Shown here piece after piece: positions 15,775 to 20,000 of a stretch of 20,000 bases of DNA. The position numbers and the translations under genes were made by a program. Source of the stretch: an uncultured virus (IMG/VR IMGVR_UViG_3300030333_004509) (Duplodnaviria > Heunggongvirae > Uroviricota > Caudoviricetes); IMG/VR virus record IMGVR_UViG_3300030333_004509, positions 50,081 through 70,080 of that record; one strand, given 5' to 3'. The stretch's first letter is position 1. Every line of letters begins with the position of its first letter. Under the pieces are notes generated by a model. The model was not told the DNA's origin. It saw nothing but the letters and a program-made list of their open reading frames with translations, and ran no database searches.

Positions 15775-16026
15775 CATCCGCCAATCCCACACCCTGAATG
15801 TACGATCCGCCTGGACCGCCGGGCCGATCCGCCGAGGGGAGGGGGCTCACCCGAGCTCCCCCCTCACCGAGCGGGCGCCTGGCCGGGACCAGCCTCCGGC
15901 CCTGCCGCTGCCGCTCCGCTCCCCTGCCGGACTGCCGCTCCCCCCTACCGGACACGCCGGACTATGTACCCTACTGCATTGCCGGACATGCCGGACGAGT
16001 GAAGCTCGAGCTTGAGCCCGAACGCA

Positions 16027-16058
16027 GAAAAGCCCCCCGACCCGTAGGCCAGGGGGCT
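16027..16058 (-). terminator. Intrinsic terminator with cUACGg tetraloop
   Basis: Minus strand AGCCCCCTGGCC-TACG-GGTCGGGGGGCT-TTTC, just after the stop at 16077. Confidence 0.8.
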
Positions 16059-16076
16059 GATTGCTACCCGTGCATT

Positions 16077-16460
16077 TCATTCTTCTTCTTCTGCGTCAAA
16101 GTACAGGGTTGGTCCGTCGTTTCTACAGTTTTCTGGGCTGACACCCAGCACCAGAATCGCGCTCACTTCCGAGGTGAACTGACAGCGCACGGCGTCATAG
16201 CCTTGCGCCTTCAGGTCAATCACGGGCTGAGGATTGCAGAACAGCATCACCCTGTCGAACGCTGACCACTCCTCGCGGGTTACCTCCTTGATATTGTGGA
16301 GGGTCAGCTCAAAGTCATTCACTGGTCCGTAGCACACTGCCAGCGAATGGTCTGAAGTGAACCATGCCAGATTGAAGGGGAGTCGACCTTGCGCATGGTA
16401 GAAAGGCTGCAGCGTTGTGGGGCAGCTGTGGCCGCCCCGATAGAGCTCGAGTTTATCCAT
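16077..16460 (-). CDS. Stand-alone ADP-ribosyltransferase-like (ART-PolyVal-like) domain protein
   Basis: LYRG...AWFTSD..LA..YG.V...L.L.N....LKAQGYDAV pattern; SD GAGGAGG before ATG 16460. Confidence 0.55.
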   Translation of the reverse strand: MDKLELYRGGHSCPTTLQPFYHAQGRLPFNLAWFTSDHSLAVCYGPVNDFELTLHNIKEVTREEWSAFDRVMLFCNPQPVIDLKAQGYDAVRCQFTSEVSAILVLGVSPENCRNDGPTLYFDAEEEE

Positions 16461-16830
16461 TGTTTGGTCCCTCCTCTCGAGGGAGAGCGTAGCCGAGGCA
16501 CATGATGTCATCGGCCATGACATCCATCGTCTCCTGGAGTGTTACGAGGGCTAGTCTCAGTGCGTCGGCTTCAGCGAGTGCGACATCCCTGATTCTGTCA
16601 CGCTGCATTACAGCGCGTTCGTAGGCCTTGCCCCACTTCTCCGTGTCCTTACCTGCCTCGAGGTCAGTGACAAGGCGCTCATAGTGGGCGAGGTATGTTT
16701 CAAGTCGTCTCGACAGTTTATATGTGGGGATATGCTCGTCGCGGGCGGCATCGATTGCGATGAGCGCCTCGCTCATGACAGAGCTGAATCCAATAGAGGG
16801 ATACTGTGTCCCTGGTTCGATAGTAAGCAT
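16453..16830 (-). CDS. Helical hypothetical protein
   Basis: ATG 16830 after AGGA; 8-bp overlap with the next gene. Confidence 0.7.
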   Translation of the reverse strand: MLTIEPGTQYPSIGFSSVMSEALIAIDAARDEHIPTYKLSRRLETYLAHYERLVTDLEAGKDTEKWGKAYERAVMQRDRIRDVALAEADALRLALVTLQETMDVMADDIMCLGYALPREEGPNNG

Positions 16831-16963
16831 GATTTTATTCCTGAGTTTAGGGGGAGTGGACAGTTTAGCCACATGTCCAGGTGGAAGTACTCAGTCGAAG
16901 GTTTGAGCTGCGTAGGCCGCCAGCATCAGGATCAGCAGTATCGTGCAGATCCAAGTATCCCAA

Positions 16964-17413
16964 TCACGCATCATTGATGCGCTGCTGAGTTGCGTGCTCG
17001 ACCTCTGCAGTCACAGTCTCGACCTTGACGCTCCCTCGACTGTATCTCGCCTTGCCCTGATCAATCAGTTCAGACTTGATATCAGCGAAGAATGACTTGG
17101 TCTCTGCGTCCGTTCTTGGGGTGCTACCCTCAAGAATGGTGCGCTTGACTGCAGCCTTCTCTGCATCTGTGAACCCGTTGACCGCACCCGTCGCGATGTC
17201 CTTGTAAGGAATCGAGACGCGAGGAGTGGTCGAGTCTTCCGCCACTGTCAGAGACAGGTCGAGGGACAGGTTCTTGATGCTGACCTTGTATTCGCCTGGG
17301 TAGACAAGGTCGCGCGGCTTGATGTCGCGCTCCTCATCTATCACTTGGTTTGCAAGGTCTGCGAAGTACTTAGCAGCTGCGAGGATTGCAGCCGCGGGAA
17401 GGTTGGTTGCCAT
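16964..17413 (-). CDS. Hypothetical protein (149 aa)
   Basis: SD GGAGG; plausible protein composition. Confidence 0.8.
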   Translation of the reverse strand: MATNLPAAAILAAAKYFADLANQVIDEERDIKPRDLVYPGEYKVSIKNLSLDLSLTVAEDSTTPRVSIPYKDIATGAVNGFTDAEKAAVKRTILEGSTPRTDAETKSFFADIKSELIDQGKARYSRGSVKVETVTAEVEHATQQRINDA

Positions 17414-17447
17414 GATAGGCCTCCGTGGGTTTAGGGGGTGGAAGGGT

Positions 17448-17471
17448 GGAGGGGACCGAATGGTCCCCTCC
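17448..17471. other. Perfect 10-bp intergenic hairpin without U-tract
   Basis: GGAGGGGACC-GAAT-GGTCCCCTCC. Confidence 0.6.
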
Positions 17472-17478
17472 GAGGGGG

Positions 17479-18423
17479 CTATGCGTGCTCTCGCATCGCC
17501 TTCTCGATGTCGAGCTCAGGGATGGTCGCGTCTTCGACGCTTCCACCACTGGCACTGATTGCACGGGTGACATGGTGAAGGCCACCATAGCCACCGAATG
17601 CGCGAATCGGTGCGGAACGCTGCATTGCCGCGGTCACTGCCTGATAGGCTGACCAGAGCGAGGACCGACCGAGGTCATCGGTCTGTCCATGTGCATCGTG
17701 TAGCTTGCCTGCATGGCATGCGGCCCAGTACTTGTAGGCAGTACTGGCCAGCTGCGAGGAGATAATCTCGCGACCCTGCAGAATGCCGACGTAGGCATAG
17801 AAGAGATCACTCTTCACCTTGATGTCCTGCCACTGCGAGGTCTCTGCCGCAATGGTGCGAAAGTCAGAGATTGCAGTGGAGGAAACGTCAGAGGTCAGCT
17901 CGCGAAGCTTATCAAAAGTTCCGCTTGTGTGACGCGCTGACTTCACCATTCCATCGACCGAGAATGCCCCATTGGCACACACGAACACCGACTGTCCGAT
18001 GCCGAATGCACTGGCAATCTGCCCATCGTGGGAGCCACGAAGAGCAAGACAAAGACCAGTAGTATCCGACTCAGGGAGCCGCCAAGTCATCATCCCATAG
18101 AGCTGCTGACCTTGACGGGCAAGCGCATAGGATTCTGACATGGGCTCGAGGTTCAAGGCTTCCGAGAAGGAATCCCGCAAACCATCGAGCAGGGTAGCGT
18201 ATGGCACAGGTTGATACGTCAGATGGCCCTTCTCATTGTACCGCTCTTCGGGCGTCGGAACCTCGCAAACCTGTTGATAGGTTGCGCGATAGGAATCCTT
18301 GGCGCCGATGAGGCAGACATGGTCTTGTGACAGCTGAGGCAAGCCTGCAGGTGCCGCCCTTCGGAGTGAAGGGTCAAGACGAAGAGTAGCCAACGGACGA
18401 CTGATTGCTGTGATTGCATTCAT
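17479..18423 (-). CDS. DUF932/DUF945-family protein
   Basis: YQPVPY, LALRGSHDG, VFVCANG, RHT and SLWSAYQAVT motifs. Confidence 0.85.
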   Translation of the reverse strand: MNAITAISRPLATLRLDPSLRRAAPAGLPQLSQDHVCLIGAKDSYRATYQQVCEVPTPEERYNEKGHLTYQPVPYATLLDGLRDSFSEALNLEPMSESYALARQGQQLYGMMTWRLPESDTTGLCLALRGSHDGQIASAFGIGQSVFVCANGAFSVDGMVKSARHTSGTFDKLRELTSDVSSTAISDFRTIAAETSQWQDIKVKSDLFYAYVGILQGREIISSQLASTAYKYWAACHAGKLHDAHGQTDDLGRSSLWSAYQAVTAAMQRSAPIRAFGGYGGLHHVTRAISASGGSVEDATIPELDIEKAMREHA

Positions 18424-18631
18424 GATATTTACCTTCCTGAGGTAATGGGTTTGAAAGTACGCTGCTTTGGCATGGCGGCCATTGCCGCACTATACCGCTT
18501 CTCAATCCTCAGGCTTCGTCACCAGCCAGGCCTCCAATATCCTGGGCAGCTGCAGCCACGGTCTCGGCCCACAGGGGGCGAGGAGAGAACGCTATTGAGA
18601 TTTCAAAGTTCGAGTGTCATTCCTGACATAA

Positions 18632-18661
18632 AGAATGGAATCACAGTTTAGAAAGTGACAA
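18632..18661 (-). promoter_or_regulatory. Leftward early promoter
   Basis: CCCCC-TTGTCA-N18-CATTCT with AT-rich upstream tract; same CCCCCTTGTCA context as the 14885 promoter. Confidence 0.55.
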
Positions 18662-18705
18662 GGGGGCAAGTGATATTTATTTCGATTTTCTGAAAAGGTC
18701 TGTGA

Positions 18706-18718
18706 TATCAATGACTTA
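18706..18718 (+). promoter_or_regulatory. IHF consensus site
   Basis: TATCAATGACTTA matches WATCAANNNNTTR exactly, with an AT-rich tract on its 5' side. Confidence 0.55.
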
Positions 18719-18818
18719 GCCGCACAGATTATTCTTGGGGTTCTGGATATGGGGGCCGATTGTGGAACGTCTGGCTCTGCCTGACGTGGAGCGATGGCCA
18801 TCGCCGAAAGGCGAAACC

Positions 18819-18938
18819 GATCCGCCGATTCTTCCCCCGCGGGGGATAGACGTCTTCCCCCGTCGTCCTGGTAGCCGATCCTCCCGTGATCTATCAGCCC
18901 AGATCTGCGATCAGATCAGCCGATCAGATCCGATCAGA
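18819..18938. repeat. GATC cluster / CGATCAGA repeats
   Basis: GATC at 18819, 18877, 18888, 18902, 18909, 18914, 18922, 18927, 18932. Confidence 0.8.
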
Positions 18939-19018
18939 CCCCCCACCCACCCCCAGCGAGTCCCTCCCGGGACCCGCCGCAAAGGCGTTTCATTCGGCGT
19001 GAGTAATTTTCAAAACCC

Positions 19019-19053
19019 TTGACAACATGTCAATGACAGTTATGTGTTATGCT
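19019..19053 (+). promoter_or_regulatory. Promoter/operator upstream of the RHH gene
   Basis: Inverted repeat TTGACA-ACA-TGTCAA plus a third TGACA; extended -10 TGT-TATGCT. Confidence 0.55.
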
Positions 19054-19085
19054 CAGACTACGACATACGACAAAAGGGGGCCTGT

Positions 19086-19676
19086 ATGGGCAACGTGATG
19101 GAGCTCGTAGAAGCGCCAAGGCAGAAGGTAACTCTCGACTTAGAAACTGAAGTTATGCGGCAGATCGACGAACTGGTAAAAGAGGTCGCCTCCTGGCCCG
19201 CAACTCAAGAGTTCGGGGTCAAGGTGACCCGCGAGGTTGCTGCGCGAGTCGCACTTCTGAGGGGGCTCCAAGCACTCCAGAAGTCCCCGACGCCGGGTCC
19301 TGCTGAACCCCCGACCCCGAAAAGTGACGGTAACAGCGTAGCAAAAGATCCTGAGTCTAAGCCCGCTGCGCCAGACTCTAATGTCTCGCGCACTGCGGAT
19401 GGCTTGATTGCCCGACCTGACGGGTGGGAAGAGTGGCAGAGTCGAGACGGACTACCCGACCACCAAGACCTGATGCACACGTACTATACAGCGCAAGGCT
19501 GGAAGCGTATGTGGGGTAAGATCGGCTCAAGCGTGATTAACTTCTATTGGTCGGACGACGAGTCCCATCAGAACCTGGAGCCCTTCGTTGGAGGGGAGCA
19601 AGAACTACTGGTCCAGTCAACCCCTTGGGGGCCTGGCCACATCATCCCAAAGGGCTGGATGCCCAAGGAGGCATGA
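19086..19676 (+). CDS. Ribbon-helix-helix-like N-terminal domain, Pro-rich linker and unknown Trp-rich C-terminal domain
   Basis: RQKVTLDL-ETEVMRQIDELV-...-TREVAARVALLRGL fits the RHH pattern; ATG 19086 after AAGGGGG. Confidence 0.6.
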   Translation: MGNVMELVEAPRQKVTLDLETEVMRQIDELVKEVASWPATQEFGVKVTREVAARVALLRGLQALQKSPTPGPAEPPTPKSDGNSVAKDPESKPAAPDSNVSRTADGLIARPDGWEEWQSRDGLPDHQDLMHTYYTAQGWKRMWGKIGSSVINFYWSDDESHQNLEPFVGGEQELLVQSTPWGPGHIIPKGWMPKEA

Positions 19677-19677
19677 C

Positions 19678-20000
19678 ATGAAGCTCGTATTTAACCTGGC
19701 TGCGTCGGACGAAGTACACTTGAACCGGCACCTTAGACACTCGGGCGTTACCGTCACTGTACTGAGTCGCGGTGGTCGCGAGAATGGCGTTACCTACTCA
19801 GTTGAAGGTAGTCAGGATCGCGTTAATAGTTTTATGAGCCAGGTTGACTGGCTTCGACTGGACGTGTTGGAGTCTGAAGATGGGGGACCCGTGGATCTAG
19901 GCCTGAATGCTGTAGCTGAAGCGCTTGAGGTGCTCGATCAGTCCGTGACTAAGCTTCGTAAGGCTCTGGCAACGGGTGACTACGACATGTATCTCGAGGC
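19678..20000 (+). CDS. Hypothetical protein (3' partial)
   Basis: SD AAGGAGG, ATG 19678, open to the window end (MKLVFNLAASDEVHLNRH...LRKALATGDYDMYLE). Confidence 0.75.
   Translation, partial: MKLVFNLAASDEVHLNRHLRHSGVTVTVLSRGGRENGVTYSVEGSQDRVNSFMSQVDWLRLDVLESEDGGPVDLGLNAVAEALEVLDQSVTKLRKALATGDYDMYLE

Noticed and set aside
1..20000. Frequent CTCGAG/TCGA sites across the window
   Set aside because: Diffuse rather than clustered and plausibly explained by codon-pair usage (CTC-GAG, ATC-GAG, GTC-GAC); not testable without a shuffled control.
1..20000. tRNA/rRNA genes, integrase, transposase, intron or intein
   Set aside because: No cloverleaf, recombinase motif or splice-junction signature recognised.

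Overview
Segment of a GC-rich tailed dsDNA phage (or prophage) genome, with a 10-N scaffold gap at 12787-12796. Left (+ strand, <2-7655) is a replication module: a UDG-fused family A DNA polymerase, a small coupled ORF, a degenerate Rad50/SbcC-like ATPase, an NrdR-like zinc ribbon, a DUF927/Cch-like helicase with no primase domain, and an FmdB-like zinc ribbon. A converging (-) operon of small, translationally coupled early-type genes follows (7657-12195), including DUF2786 and an apparently dead ATP-dependent ligase domain. Next come a non-coding tract with seven GTTACGAC octamers (candidate origin), a TerS-like HTH gene, and a second early region (GP88-like, acidic mini-proteins, ART-PolyVal-like, DUF932). 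A GATC-rich, IHF-site-containing tract (possible pac/terminus) precedes an RHH protein at the right end. The main novelty candidate is the polymerase: its catalytic aspartates and proofreading motifs are intact, but the near-invariant steric-gate Glu is His, its partner Gln is Leu, motif B YG is YW, and the uracil pocket of the fused UDG is rewired. Other signals are a four-copy 23-bp promoter/operator, strand-polarised CCGGA clusters and several structured RNA leaders. All family calls come from motif recognition by eye, not database searches.
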